From an uncultured Clostridia bacterium (GTDB lineage: Bacteria > Bacillota > Clostridia > Oscillospirales > JAAYOS01): a stretch of DNA of 64,000 bases. Positions 10,150-19,900 of the stretch are shown here, in pieces. How positions within the stretch are numbered: the first letter of the stretch is position 1; every line of letters begins with the position of its first letter. A program made the translations under genes and the position numbers. The DNA is taken from positions 34,855 to 98,854 of the forward strand of contig CANQDU010000003.1 in the NCBI GenBank assembly GCA_947593925.1, given 5' to 3'. The notes beneath the pieces were generated by a model. That model was not told the DNA's origin and did not search any database. It was given only the letters and a program-made list of their open reading frames with translations.

Positions 10150-12792
10150 TCACCCGAGAGTGACGGTTATCGTGTGCGGCTCGCTCTCCGAAAGCGCGGT
10201 TATGGCGCTTCTCGGTATCAGCGCGCCGTCTCCGTCCGTCCCAAACGGGACTCCGTCTATTTCAAGAGACTTTACCGCGCCGCGCTTCTTCGCGTCCGGC
10301 GCGCGGTAGACGACCTTCAGCGTCCTCCCCGCAAACGGCGCCGTGACGGACGCCTCGCCCTCGCGGAAAGCGTCCTCGGGAAGCTGCGGCGCAAGGCGAA
10401 GGTCGCCATACTCGCCGCGCACGCCGAAGCGCTGCGTGAGCTCGGTCATCATCAGCCAGCTTGCGGAGCCGGTGAGATAGTGGTACATCCCGCGCCCGCG
10501 CGGGTCGAAGTACTCGGGTATTCCGGGGTATATCCTGCTCTTTGAAAAGTTTACCGCGAGGCGATAGAGCGCGTCAAGCGTCTCTTCCGCCTCCGCGCTC
10601 ATGCCGCGCGTGTAGAGCGCGTAGGCAAACATCACCGCCATGTGACAGAACACCGCGCCGTTCTCCTTGTGACCGTAGGCAAAGCCGAAGAGCCGACCGA
10701 GGTCGGTCTTGACCTCGCGGAAGTCGGTGTTTAATCTGTAGCCGCCGACGTCCGCGTCAAAGAGGAAGCGCTTCGCCGCCGACACTATGTCGCGCGCGAG
10801 CGCGTCGTCCGCGACGCCGCCCATGACTGCAAACACCTGCCCCGTGAGCATCATCCGAACGTCGCCGTTCTCCGTCGCGCCCTCGACGCGCCGTCCCGAC
10901 CCGTCGTAGTAGCTGTTTATCCAGCGCTCGCCCTCCGCCTCGACCGTCTCTCCGCGGCGGACGTTCTCCGCCATTTTCTCGCTCATCCTGCGGAGCACGG
11001 CCGCGAGCTCCTTTGCGTCAATGCGTACGGTCCTGCCGCTTATCTCGTGCTCGCAGACGGAGCAGAAGCGGCGGAGGACTTCCGCCTTCTCCTCGGGCGA
11101 CTTTGCGTTCTCTCCCTCGAGCAGTATTTTCAGCTCCTCGGCCGTCTCGATCTCTCCGCCGAGGCGCTCCGCAAGCTCCGCGAGGTCGCGGAGGTTCTTT
11201 GCATACAGGCAGTGGAAGGCGACGCTTTCGCCGCGCTCCGCCGCCATGTCGAGACCGTCGTTCCAGTCCGCGCCGAGCAGGCGGAGTATGCCGTGCTCGC
11301 CCACGTTGTAGAACGCCGTGAGGTTCTGCAGGAGCAGGTGCTCAAAGAGCGTTCCCCTGTACTCCGCGCCCGCCGTCGTTCTCAGTCTCTCGCCGTACTC
11401 CGGCGTCCAGAGCGCGTCGGTGCGGGTCCCGCGGTACGCCTGCGGGTCCTTGAAGTAGGTCTGTTTTTCGAGCAGGAAGTCTATGTCCGCCGTCTGATTT
11501 ATGTAGAGCATGGTCGTGACAAGCGGCCACGCGCCATGGTCTGTCCAGACGCGGGTGATGTTGTTGCGGTCGGCGATAAACTCACCCTGTCCGTTGCCGA
11601 TTATCGTGGCGTTCGTACCGTCGAAGCGGACGCCGCCGAAGTTTGCCGTGAGCATATCGCGGACTCCCTCCGGCTCCATAAACAGGAGCGCGAGGCAGTC
11701 CTGCCAGAGGTCGCGCCAGCCGCGTCCCCCGCGCCCGTAGTCGTGGTGCGGCAGGAAGGAGCAGCCGAACATCCTGCGGAGTATAGGCTGACAGGAGACC
11801 CAGCGCATCCACATGTCACGCTCGGAGGAAGCGGTCTCAAACGAGATGTCGAGCTTTCTCGCCCAATACTTTTTGCACAGCTCGAACTCCGCGTCGAAGC
11901 GTCCCGGAGCGAGGTATTCCGAAACGAAGCCGAGATCCTCCCCCGCGGCGAGCGCCACGGTGTAGCTCACACACTCTCCCGGCGCAAGCGTCTCCGGTGC
12001 GAACTCCGCCGCCGCGACGACCTCCAAGCCGTCCATGCGGTCCCCCGGACTGAGAGACAGCCTTTTCCCGACGCTCTCGGGACGCTCAAAGTCGCCGCCC
12101 TCGCCTATCCAGTCCTCGACCGCCACCTCGAAGGCGACGGGCTTCGCGCCGTCCTCGCGGGCGGCGAAGGCTCCGTATGCTATGCGGTTAGGCTTGTGGC
12201 CGCGCTCGTCGAACGTAAGCGTCGGGCGGGTGAAGACGCCGAGGTCGGTGACCTCCGCCCTATGCAGCAGCGACGTGACGTTGCGGTGGTCGCGGTAGTT
12301 ATCCGCAGAGCGTCCGTAGATGGGATACGCCATGTACGGAACGAATTCAAGCGGCTCCGCGCCGGTGTTCGTTATCGTAAATCGCGTGAGCTCGACAGCG
12401 TCCCCCTCCGGCGGTATGAACGTCACCGCCTCGGCGCGGACGCCGCGCGCCGAGTTTTCGCGCGTCACCTTGTGCCAGAGGAAGCCCGCCTCAAGCGTCA
12501 CCTCGTCAGTCATCTCCGCGCGCTGAACGGCGGACGCTCCCGCCGCGCTCCACGCGCCGAAGCGCTCGGAGAATATCCAGAAGTTCCTCTCCGAACGGTC
12601 GTTATGCAGGTTCTCGGAGGACACCGGCGCGAGCAGGAATGAGTTCTGCCCCGTCTTGGAGTCTCCCCCGAGCGTAGGAGTTATCGAGCTGAGAAGTCCC
12701 TGCTCGCCCGCAAGCGGGAAGTAGAGATAGCTCGTCCTCTGCGGGTCCTTCAGCCGGAAGGTCCCGTTCCTGTCAAGAAATTCGTACTTCAT
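10150..12792 (-). CDS. GH94 glycoside phosphorylase, laminaribiose-phosphorylase-like
   Basis: 'FGCSFLPHHDYGRGGRGWRDLWQD', catalytic 'ADWNDGLD', 'KENGAVFCH', 'YLTGSASW'. Confidence 0.8.
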   Translation of the reverse strand: MKYEFLDRNGTFRLKDPQRTSYLYFPLAGEQGLLSSITPTLGGDSKTGQNSFLLAPVSSENLHNDRSERNFWIFSERFGAWSAAGASAVQRAEMTDEVTLEAGFLWHKVTRENSARGVRAEAVTFIPPEGDAVELTRFTITNTGAEPLEFVPYMAYPIYGRSADNYRDHRNVTSLLHRAEVTDLGVFTRPTLTFDERGHKPNRIAYGAFAAREDGAKPVAFEVAVEDWIGEGGDFERPESVGKRLSLSPGDRMDGLEVVAAAEFAPETLAPGECVSYTVALAAGEDLGFVSEYLAPGRFDAEFELCKKYWARKLDISFETASSERDMWMRWVSCQPILRRMFGCSFLPHHDYGRGGRGWRDLWQDCLALLFMEPEGVRDMLTANFGGVRFDGTNATIIGNGQGEFIADRNNITRVWTDHGAWPLVTTMLYINQTADIDFLLEKQTYFKDPQAYRGTRTDALWTPEYGERLRTTAGAEYRGTLFEHLLLQNLTAFYNVGEHGILRLLGADWNDGLDMAAERGESVAFHCLYAKNLRDLAELAERLGGEIETAEELKILLEGENAKSPEEKAEVLRRFCSVCEHEISGRTVRIDAKELAAVLRRMSEKMAENVRRGETVEAEGERWINSYYDGSGRRVEGATENGDVRMMLTGQVFAVMGGVADDALARDIVSAAKRFLFDADVGGYRLNTDFREVKTDLGRLFGFAYGHKENGAVFCHMAVMFAYALYTRGMSAEAEETLDALYRLAVNFSKSRIYPGIPEYFDPRGRGMYHYLTGSASWLMMTELTQRFGVRGEYGDLRLAPQLPEDAFREGEASVTAPFAGRTLKVVYRAPDAKKRGAVKSLEIDGVPFGTDGDGALIPRSAITALSESEPHTITVTLG

Positions 12793-12834
12793 GGCCTTCT
12801 CTCCCTTTACACGTATTTTTCGGTCGGAGCCGCG

Positions 12835-13833
12835 TTATCTGTGGAACTGCGCGAACACGAACTTTCCGCTCTCGCTCAGACTTGTCTCCTTCCACCTTCC
12901 GTCGCTGTAGACGCTGAGGAGGGCGCCGCTGCCGCCGGAGGCGGAGTAGGACCAGTTGGCCCAGCTCAGGTTCCGCTCCTCCATGAAGTCGACCCAGACC
13001 TGCGCGCTGTCAAGATACAGCGCGCCCGCGCCGGTGGAGTCGGTCGTGCCCCACTCGCTTACGAATACCGGCGCGCCGTGCGCGAGCGCGTAGTCGATGT
13101 TGTCGCGGTCGGCGTCTCCGTTGGTGCCGGCGTAGAAGTGGTATGTATACATGACGTTCTCAAACTCGAGCGGATCGTCCGCCGCGTCCCGCACGCAGGT
13201 GCTCCAGCGCGGACTGCCGACGAGTATCACGGCGTTCGGATCGTACTCGCGGATGACCGGGATTATCTGCTCGGCGTAGGGCTTGACCTCTCCCGCCCAT
13301 GTGACGTTGTCGCCGTTAGGCTCGTTGCATATCTCGTAGAGGACGTTCGGCGAATCGGCGTAGCGCTCCGCCGTCGCGGTAAAGAACTCCTTCGCGCGGT
13401 CGAGGAGCGGCATAGGATTATGCTCGCTGAGGATGTGCCAGTCGATAATGACGTAGAGGTCGTTTTCTATCGCGGCGTCCATCGCGGCATACATCTTGTC
13501 CGCCTGCCACGGGTTGCGGAGGTACCCTCCCTCGCCGGTGTACATGGCGACGCGGAGCAGGTTTGCCCCCGTCCTCTCGGCGAGCTCCTGGACCGCGAGC
13601 GGCTCAAAGAGCGACGGATGCCACATATATCCGCTCGTGCTCATGCCGCGAAGGACTATCGGCTTGCCGTCCTCGCCGCAGAGCTGCGTTCCTATGACCT
13701 GGAGACGGCCGCGCTCGCTCACGCGCTCGAGCGGCTTGTCGTGCGCGCCGAGGAACATCGATCCCAGCACCGAGAATGCGAGCACCACAACAACAAAAAT
13801 CGCTATCAGCCTTGTCTGTGTCTTTGTGTTCAT
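12835..13833 (-). CDS. GH5 (GH5_2-like) endoglucanase with N-terminal signal/membrane anchor
   Basis: 'LRGMST', 'YVIIDWH', acid/base 'ICNEPN', 'HFYAGT', nucleophile 'FVSEWG', 'SWANW'; ATG at 13833 after GGAGGAG. Confidence 0.9.
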   Translation of the reverse strand: MNTKTQTRLIAIFVVVVLAFSVLGSMFLGAHDKPLERVSERGRLQVIGTQLCGEDGKPIVLRGMSTSGYMWHPSLFEPLAVQELAERTGANLLRVAMYTGEGGYLRNPWQADKMYAAMDAAIENDLYVIIDWHILSEHNPMPLLDRAKEFFTATAERYADSPNVLYEICNEPNGDNVTWAGEVKPYAEQIIPVIREYDPNAVILVGSPRWSTCVRDAADDPLEFENVMYTYHFYAGTNGDADRDNIDYALAHGAPVFVSEWGTTDSTGAGALYLDSAQVWVDFMEERNLSWANWSYSASGGSGALLSVYSDGRWKETSLSESGKFVFAQFHR

Positions 13834-13869
13834 ACCCAGCTCCTCCGATATACACAAAAATTCATGTTA

Positions 13870-13898
13870 ATTATAACACGGTGTTAGGAAAAACGCAA
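13870..13898 (-). promoter_or_regulatory. Sigma-A-type promoter of the GH5/GH94/GH161 operon with an overlapping palindrome
   Basis: Minus strand TTGCGT-17bp-TATAAT with extended TG; palindrome TAACAC-G-GTGTTA at 13874-13886. Confidence 0.6.
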
Positions 13899-13903
13899 CA
13901 AAA

Positions 13904-13933
13904 ATAAGAGCGGTACCGACGTACCGCTCTTAT
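13904..13933 (-). terminator. tyrS terminator
   Basis: ATAAGAGCGGTAC/GTACCGCTCTTAT stem followed by a T-tract on the minus strand. Confidence 0.8.
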
Positions 13934-13954
13934 GATATTTTGCTCTTGCCGCGG

Positions 13955-15187
13955 CTACTTCGTGAGCTTCACGCGGTGGAATATCTTCTTGCCCTTCTTT
14001 ATGACTATGCCGTCCTCGGAGGAGCAGTCGTCCATGCTCCACTTTGCGGAGATGTCCGCAACCTTCTCGCCGTTCGCGCTGACGCCGCCCTGCTGCACGA
14101 GACGGCGCGCCTCCCCGCGGGACGGCGCGAGGCCGGTCTTTGTGAGTATCGTGAGAATGTCAACGGCGCCGTCAGTGAAGTCCTCCTCCGAGAGCTCGGT
14201 CGAGGGCATATTCTCGGTCGAACCCGCGCCGGCGAAGATGCCGCGCGCCGCCTCACGGGCGCGGTTCGCCTCCTCCTCGCCGTGGACGAGGCTCGCGAGC
14301 TCGAAGGCGAGGATCTCCTTTGCGCGGTTCAGCTCCGCGCCCTCCCAGTGCTCCATCTCGTCAATCTGCTCGAGGGGCAGGAAGGTGAGCATGCGGATGC
14401 ACTTCAGCACGTCCGCGTCGCCGACGTTCCTCCAATACTGATAGAAGTCGTAGGGCGAGGTCTTGTTCGGGTCGAGCCAGACGGCGTTGCCGGCGGTCTT
14501 GCCCATCTTGTTGCCCTGCGAGTCGGTGAGGAGGGTTATCGTCATTGCGTGCGCGTCCTTGCCCAACTTCCGACGGATGAGCTCGGTGCCGCCGAGCATG
14601 TTCGACCACTGATCGTCGCCGCCGAACTGCATGTTGCAGCCGTAGTGCTGGTAGAGATAGTAGAAGTCGTAGGACTGCATGATCATGTAGTTGAACTCAA
14701 GGAAGCTGAGCCCCTTCTCCATGCGCTGCTTGTAGCACTCGGCGCGGAGCATGTTGTTGACGGAGAAGCACGCGCCGACCTCGCGCAGCAGCTCGACGTA
14801 GTTGAGGCCGAGCAGCCAGTCGGCATTGTTCAGCATCTGCGCCTTGCCCTCTCCGAACTCGATGAACTTCTCCATCTGGCGCTTGAAGCACTCGGCGTTG
14901 TGGTCGATGTCCTCCTTGGTGAGCATCTTCCGCATGTCGCTCCTGCCGGAGGGGTCGCCTATCATGGTCGTGCCGCCGCCGATGAGCGCTATCGGGCGGT
15001 TGCCCGCCTGCTGGAGGCGCTTCATCAGCGTGAGCGCCATGAAATGACCGGCGGTGAGACTGTCCGCCGTGCAGTCAAAGCCGATATAGAACGTCGCCTT
15101 TCCGGCGTTTATCATCTCGCTTATCTCTTTTTCGTTCGTGACCTGCGCTATGAGGCCGCGAGCCTTCAGTTCCTCGTAAATGGTCAT
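13955..15187 (-). CDS. tyrS: Tyrosine--tRNA ligase
   Basis: 'YIGFDCTADSLTAGH', 'QFGGDDQW', 'KMGKT', C-terminal S4 domain. Confidence 0.97.
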   Translation of the reverse strand: MTIYEELKARGLIAQVTNEKEISEMINAGKATFYIGFDCTADSLTAGHFMALTLMKRLQQAGNRPIALIGGGTTMIGDPSGRSDMRKMLTKEDIDHNAECFKRQMEKFIEFGEGKAQMLNNADWLLGLNYVELLREVGACFSVNNMLRAECYKQRMEKGLSFLEFNYMIMQSYDFYYLYQHYGCNMQFGGDDQWSNMLGGTELIRRKLGKDAHAMTITLLTDSQGNKMGKTAGNAVWLDPNKTSPYDFYQYWRNVGDADVLKCIRMLTFLPLEQIDEMEHWEGAELNRAKEILAFELASLVHGEEEANRAREAARGIFAGAGSTENMPSTELSEEDFTDGAVDILTILTKTGLAPSRGEARRLVQQGGVSANGEKVADISAKWSMDDCSSEDGIVIKKGKKIFHRVKLTK

Positions 15188-15230
15188 ATTCTTCTCCCCT
15201 TATACGTCTGTTCAATGCAGAGACGGTATA

Positions 15231-15259
15231 ATTATACCAGTACGGGGAACATAAGTCAA
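15231..15259 (-). promoter_or_regulatory. Sigma-A promoter of tyrS
   Basis: Minus strand TTGACT-17bp-TATAAT with extended TG. Confidence 0.75.
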
Positions 15260-15315
15260 GCGCGCGGCGCAAGCTTTCGCGCGGGACGAGCGGGGGGTCC
15301 GCTCCCCCCCGTTCC

Positions 15316-16227
15316 TCAACGTTCGTCGAGACTCGGCGAAGCGTCCGCCTCGGACGAAGGGACGTCCGCCTCGGGGAGGTGCAGCGTGAGGTCGTACTGC
15401 TTGCCCGAGCCGTCCTCGTTCTCCGTAAAGTGAAGCACGGCCGTACCCTCTCCCCACGACCCGTCGTCATAGACAATGTAACGCGCGAGTCCGTCCTTCT
15501 CAACACGCATTATGTCGTCGCCGCTCTGAAGATACGGCGCGGAAGCTTCACCGTTCATCCGTATCGTCATCCACAGCCTTTGGCGTCCGTACGAGCCCTC
15601 CGTGATGGAGCAGTACAGCAGGTCGAACGGCTTATCGCTCTTCTCCGGCACGGTGAAGCGGAAGGATATGCTGTGCACCTCGTCCTCCGAGTACCACCAC
15701 CTCCCGAGCTCGGTGATCCTCTCCTTCACCTCGCGGAAGTTCAGCGTTATGCGGTACTCTCCCGGCTGGTCAAGTACCGGTACGCAGCAGAGTACGCTGT
15801 TGCCCTTCTTCCCGTATTTGCTGCTTCCGTCCCAGCTAAGCGACATTATTTTGTCGTTTCCGCCCTCGTAGGTCTCGCTCCCGACGCGGATGCTGTCGCA
15901 CACATACTCCCATTCGCCGCTCTCGGTGAGCCGTTCGACATACCCGAGAGTGTCGCCGAGGAACATCTGCCCCCTGTCTCCGAGCTGTAGGAAGTACGGC
16001 TCGTTTGGCCAAAGCTTCAGCGAAAGCGCCTCAAACTCCCCGTTGATGTTGAGAAGCGACGTCTCGGCAAAGTAGTCGCTCTCCCCCTCCGCCTCGAGCG
16101 GCACGGGTCCTGCATGGATATTCTCCGCGTACCCGAAGTCCCGGTTCTCCCCGCCGGAGGTCGTGCACCCCGATATCAGCGCAAGGAGCAGAACGGCGGC
16201 AGTCAGCGCGAGCAATTTCTTCTTCAT
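15316..16227 (-). CDS. Uncharacterised lipoprotein
   Basis: 'MKKKLLALTAAVLLLALISGC' lipobox; AAGGGG RBS; no family recognised. Confidence 0.7.
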   Translation of the reverse strand: MKKKLLALTAAVLLLALISGCTTSGGENRDFGYAENIHAGPVPLEAEGESDYFAETSLLNINGEFEALSLKLWPNEPYFLQLGDRGQMFLGDTLGYVERLTESGEWEYVCDSIRVGSETYEGGNDKIMSLSWDGSSKYGKKGNSVLCCVPVLDQPGEYRITLNFREVKERITELGRWWYSEDEVHSISFRFTVPEKSDKPFDLLYCSITEGSYGRQRLWMTIRMNGEASAPYLQSGDDIMRVEKDGLARYIVYDDGSWGEGTAVLHFTENEDGSGKQYDLTLHLPEADVPSSEADASPSLDER

Positions 16228-16351
16228 CGAAAACACCCCTTTCGATTTTCGGACGGAAAACCCGATCCGGTTTTCCCGTCTGCCTGTATATGTCCGGACG
16301 GGATGATTTCGGGACAGCTTTTTTAAAAATTTTCAAAAAATTTTTTAAAAG

Positions 16352-16379
16352 AAAAAGGAGCGGTCGCAATGACCGCTCC
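16352..16379 (-). terminator. Terminator of the cold-shock gene
   Basis: GGAGCGGTC/GACCGCTCC stem plus minus-strand T-tract. Confidence 0.8.
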
Positions 16380-16394
16380 CCCTTGATTCAGCTC

Positions 16395-16604
16395 TCAGAG
16401 AGGACGCACGTTGATGGCGCGAAGCTTTGCGCTGTTCTTCGGATCCTGCTCGGTCTCGTACTCGACCTTCTGGCCCTCGGCGAGGGTCTTGAAGCCATCG
16501 ACAAGAATGGCGGAGAAGTGGACGAACACGTCGTCGCCGCCCTCGTCGTTAGAGATGAAGCCGTAGCCCTTGCTCTCGTTGAACCACTTAACTGTTCCGG
16601 TCAT
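16395..16604 (-). CDS. cspA: Cold-shock protein (CspA family)
   Basis: '[15 protein letters not shown]', 'DVFVHFSAI', '[11 protein letters not shown]'. Confidence 0.95.
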   Translation of the reverse strand: MTGTVKWFNESKGYGFISNDEGGDDVFVHFSAILVDGFKTLAEGQKVEYETEQDPKNSAKLRAINVRPL

Positions 16605-16735
16605 GATGTTGCCTCCAAGAAAAATATTGTACGGATGGAACTAACTAAAAAAACTCGCATTCCCTTGTAAGGCGTTGCGGACCAGCAATGACTTACAAGG
16701 GAATGTGAGTTACAGCCGTGCCTCGGTACACAATC

Positions 16736-16764
16736 ATTATATCCGCGACTATCGCTTTTGTCAA
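16736..16764 (-). promoter_or_regulatory. Consensus sigma-A promoter of the csp gene
   Basis: Minus strand perfect TTGACA-17bp-TATAAT. Confidence 0.85.
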
Positions 16765-16863
16765 GCATTATTGCAAGAAAATTTCACAGAAATTGGATAC
16801 TTCCCCAAGTTTATGTATTTTTTGACAATTCTCTTTCAGATATTGGAAATAACAGGATAAAGC

Positions 16864-16893
16864 TCGCCCCCGGCGCAAACGCGCCGGGGGCGA
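16864..16893 (-). terminator. Terminator of the SLH-M14 peptidase gene
   Basis: TCGCCCCCGGCGC/GCGCCGGGGGCGA stem 20 bp after the stop codon. Confidence 0.75.
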
Positions 16894-16912
16894 AGAATTG
16901 CATACCTATTGC

Positions 16913-19900
16913 TTACTCGGCGTCAATGCGCGCGAGTATGGTCTGCACCTGCTCGAAGGTGATGTTCGAGTCGGGCGAAAGGGTCGTCGCGGTCGTGCCC
17001 TTGACGTATCCCTCGCTCACGGCCCAAGCCATGGCGTCCTTGGCATAGCTGTGGACGTCCGTTGCGTCGGTGAAGACGTCGAGCGCTGCCTTGTCGGCTT
17101 CCTTGCCGCCGTTCGCACGCCAGAGCATCGTCACGAACTCCTCGCGGGTGACGAAGGTCTTCGCGGAGAAGCTGCCGTTCGGGTAACCGAGGACTATGTT
17201 CTCGGCGGCCGCCCAGTTGACGGCGTCGGTGACCCAGCCGTAGGTGGCGGCGTCGGTGAACGTGGAGGCGGACGTGGTCTTCTCGGAGCCGTTCGCTTCC
17301 CAGATGGCCTCGACGGCCTCGCCGCGGGTAACCTTGTCGGTCGGGTCGCTCGTCATGGCGTCGAACGCGAAGTTGACGATGAAGGTGAACTCGTCCCTCT
17401 GATGGACCTTGTTCGTGAGGGTGTTCGCGAAGACGGCGATGTCGAGGTCGGAGCCGTCCGCGCCCTTGCCCTCGTAGGAGAAGGCCTGGATGGAGTCGTT
17501 GAGGAAGTCCGCATAGTGCGCGCCGTCCGACGGGAGGAAGCCCTCGAGCAGCTTCTGCGAGCCGTCCAGCTTGACAAGGGTCTTGGCGCCTGCCGGGATG
17601 CTTGCGAAGTAGCCCGCACCGTAGCCGTACATAATGTCGTCGCCCTCGGCGATATATGTGGCGGTGACGGGGCTGTCCTTCTCGGGATAGGTGACGTGTG
17701 CGAGCGCGTCCATGGCGCTCCTGCTGACGGTGTTCCTCACGACAGCGCCGCTGCTGAAGAGACCGGCAACTGCGGAAGCGACGCCGGAGCTGTAGCCGAT
17801 GTACGGCACGCCGCTCTTGATGGCCGCGAGCGCGGCAGCGTCCGGAGCGGATGCGCCGATTATGACGTCGGCCTTGGTGGGATCGTCGGTGGTGGTGAAG
17901 CCGAGGAGAGCCATGGTCTCACGGTCGTAGTTGTAGCCGTACGAGCCGACAAGCGAGGTCTTGACGAAGCCGGTGCTGTTGTCGCCGGGCTTGCCGGTGA
18001 TGTAGATCACGGGCGCGGCGTTTATCGTCTTGGAAGCGGGCTCAGTTGCAACGCTCACGGCGGAGACGGTGAGGTCCTCGGAGACCGACTCGTAGTCGGC
18101 ATAGGAGATGATGAAGCTGCCGTCATACTTGCCCTCGGTGATGAGCTTCACGGTCTTGCCCGCGTTCAGAAGGGTGTTGACGGCCTTGGCGGCGTCCTCG
18201 GAGGTGTTGAGGAGGACGATGGTCGCGTCCTTGTCGCCAATGAAGGAGGACTTGACGTCCCAGTCGGTGCTGACGGCGCAGACCTTGGCTATCTCGGTGT
18301 AGTCGGCCTTCTTGGTGACGGTCTCCATATCGAAGCCGCGGGTGTGGTTGAACGCGGTGATGCCTTCGCTGTAGAGCTGCGGCCATTCGGTGATGACGGT
18401 GCCGTTGTAGAGGACGCCGTTCGCGACCGAGCGCTTCGCCTGATACATCGAGACGACCGCGGTCCCGGCGGGATAGGTAATTCCGTTAAAGGTGAAGCTC
18501 GAGGAAGCCTTCATTACCTTGACGTCGTTGCGGATGAGGTAATCTATCATCTCGGCGGCGTCCTGAAGGTTCTTCTGGTTTGTGCCGTCGAGCGGGATGA
18601 TGTACGCCTCGGGGAAGAAGTTGCCGTTCTCGCCCTCGCCGGTGTACTCGGGACGGAAGATGTCCGCCTCCGCGCCCGTTGTGTCAAAGCGGTCGGTGAG
18701 CCACTGGCCTACTTCCTCGTCGGAGTTGGCGTTGGTGACGCCGCGCAGATAAGCGGTAACCTGGTCGGTGAGGTAGCTTTCCTTCTCGCCCGCTATAAAG
18801 ACGGACTGGTTGAGCATGCCGTAAGGCAGGGCGGTCGCCATATAGTCGTCATAGGCCGGGACCTCGACGGTGTAGGCAACGGTGCCGTGAAGCATCGAAT
18901 ACTGCGGGGTGTAGCTCGTGGACATATCGTCCCACGGGTCATACCACTCGGTCTTGTAGGTGCCGTCGGCGTTCTTCTCGCCGGTGTAGATGAGGTAGTC
19001 GCGCTGCGGGGTGACATAGCTGTTGTGCGCGTCGTTGTTCGCGACCGCGCCGATGCCGAGCGCCTCGCCGCCGGTCACAAGATGGTCGGCAAGGAGGTCA
19101 TACTCGAAGTTCGGCTCATGAGGCGGATCGCACGGCTCGACCTGGAACTGCTCGATACGTCCGTGGAACTCGGCAAAGCTGACGGGGTTCCATGCCGCGA
19201 TGAGCTTCGTCATGTTCTGGGTCTCAGCCTGGGTCTGGAAGGAGTTGTCGCGGTTGAGGTCGTATCCGCCCGAAGAGGTACGGGTGACGTATGTACGGCC
19301 TTCGACGTTCTCCTCGGGGACGATGATGAAGAACACGTCCTCAAGCAGCTCCTCGGTGCTGACGTCCTTGTTCTCGACGGTGTAATACTTCTCGAGGTCA
19401 ACCTTCTCGGAGTAGCCGTCCTTCTCGGCGCGGATATATCCGAGGTATGTAGCCTTGTCCTTGATAAGCTCCGGAACAGCGACGCTGCCCGCCTCGCCTA
19501 CCGGGCCGAGCTGATCTGCAAGCTCCGCTTCGCCCTCGGCGGTGAAGCCGGTGAGCACCTTGTAGTCTATCGGGGTATCGACTGCGGCGTTCTTTACGAG
19601 CATCCACGCAAATCCGAGAACACCGTCGGAAGCGGCGACCTCGTTGGAGTGGATGTTCGAGTAGAGAACGGGCACCTGATAGCTGCCTATCGAGCCGTCC
19701 TTGATGTCATCGAGGAGGGACTGCGGGTCGGTCTCGGCCTGCTCCGCGATCTTCAGCCACTTCTCGGTGGCGGCCTTGCTCTTCGCGATTATAAGGTACG
19801 GCATGTCGAGCGACTCGAGGCCGTTCTGACCGGCGCTCATGCCCATCGAATCCTTATGCACATAGATGTCGGTGTTCTCCTCGGCGTAATCGACTATGGC

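Noticed and set aside
7195-10545. Very long antisense ORFs (this one, plus 16898-20635, 24595-28398, 60328-62412 and the 5' part of 35471-38695)
   Set aside because: They mirror well-supported genes on the opposite strand, as expected with strong third-position GC bias, and show no family motifs or RBS.
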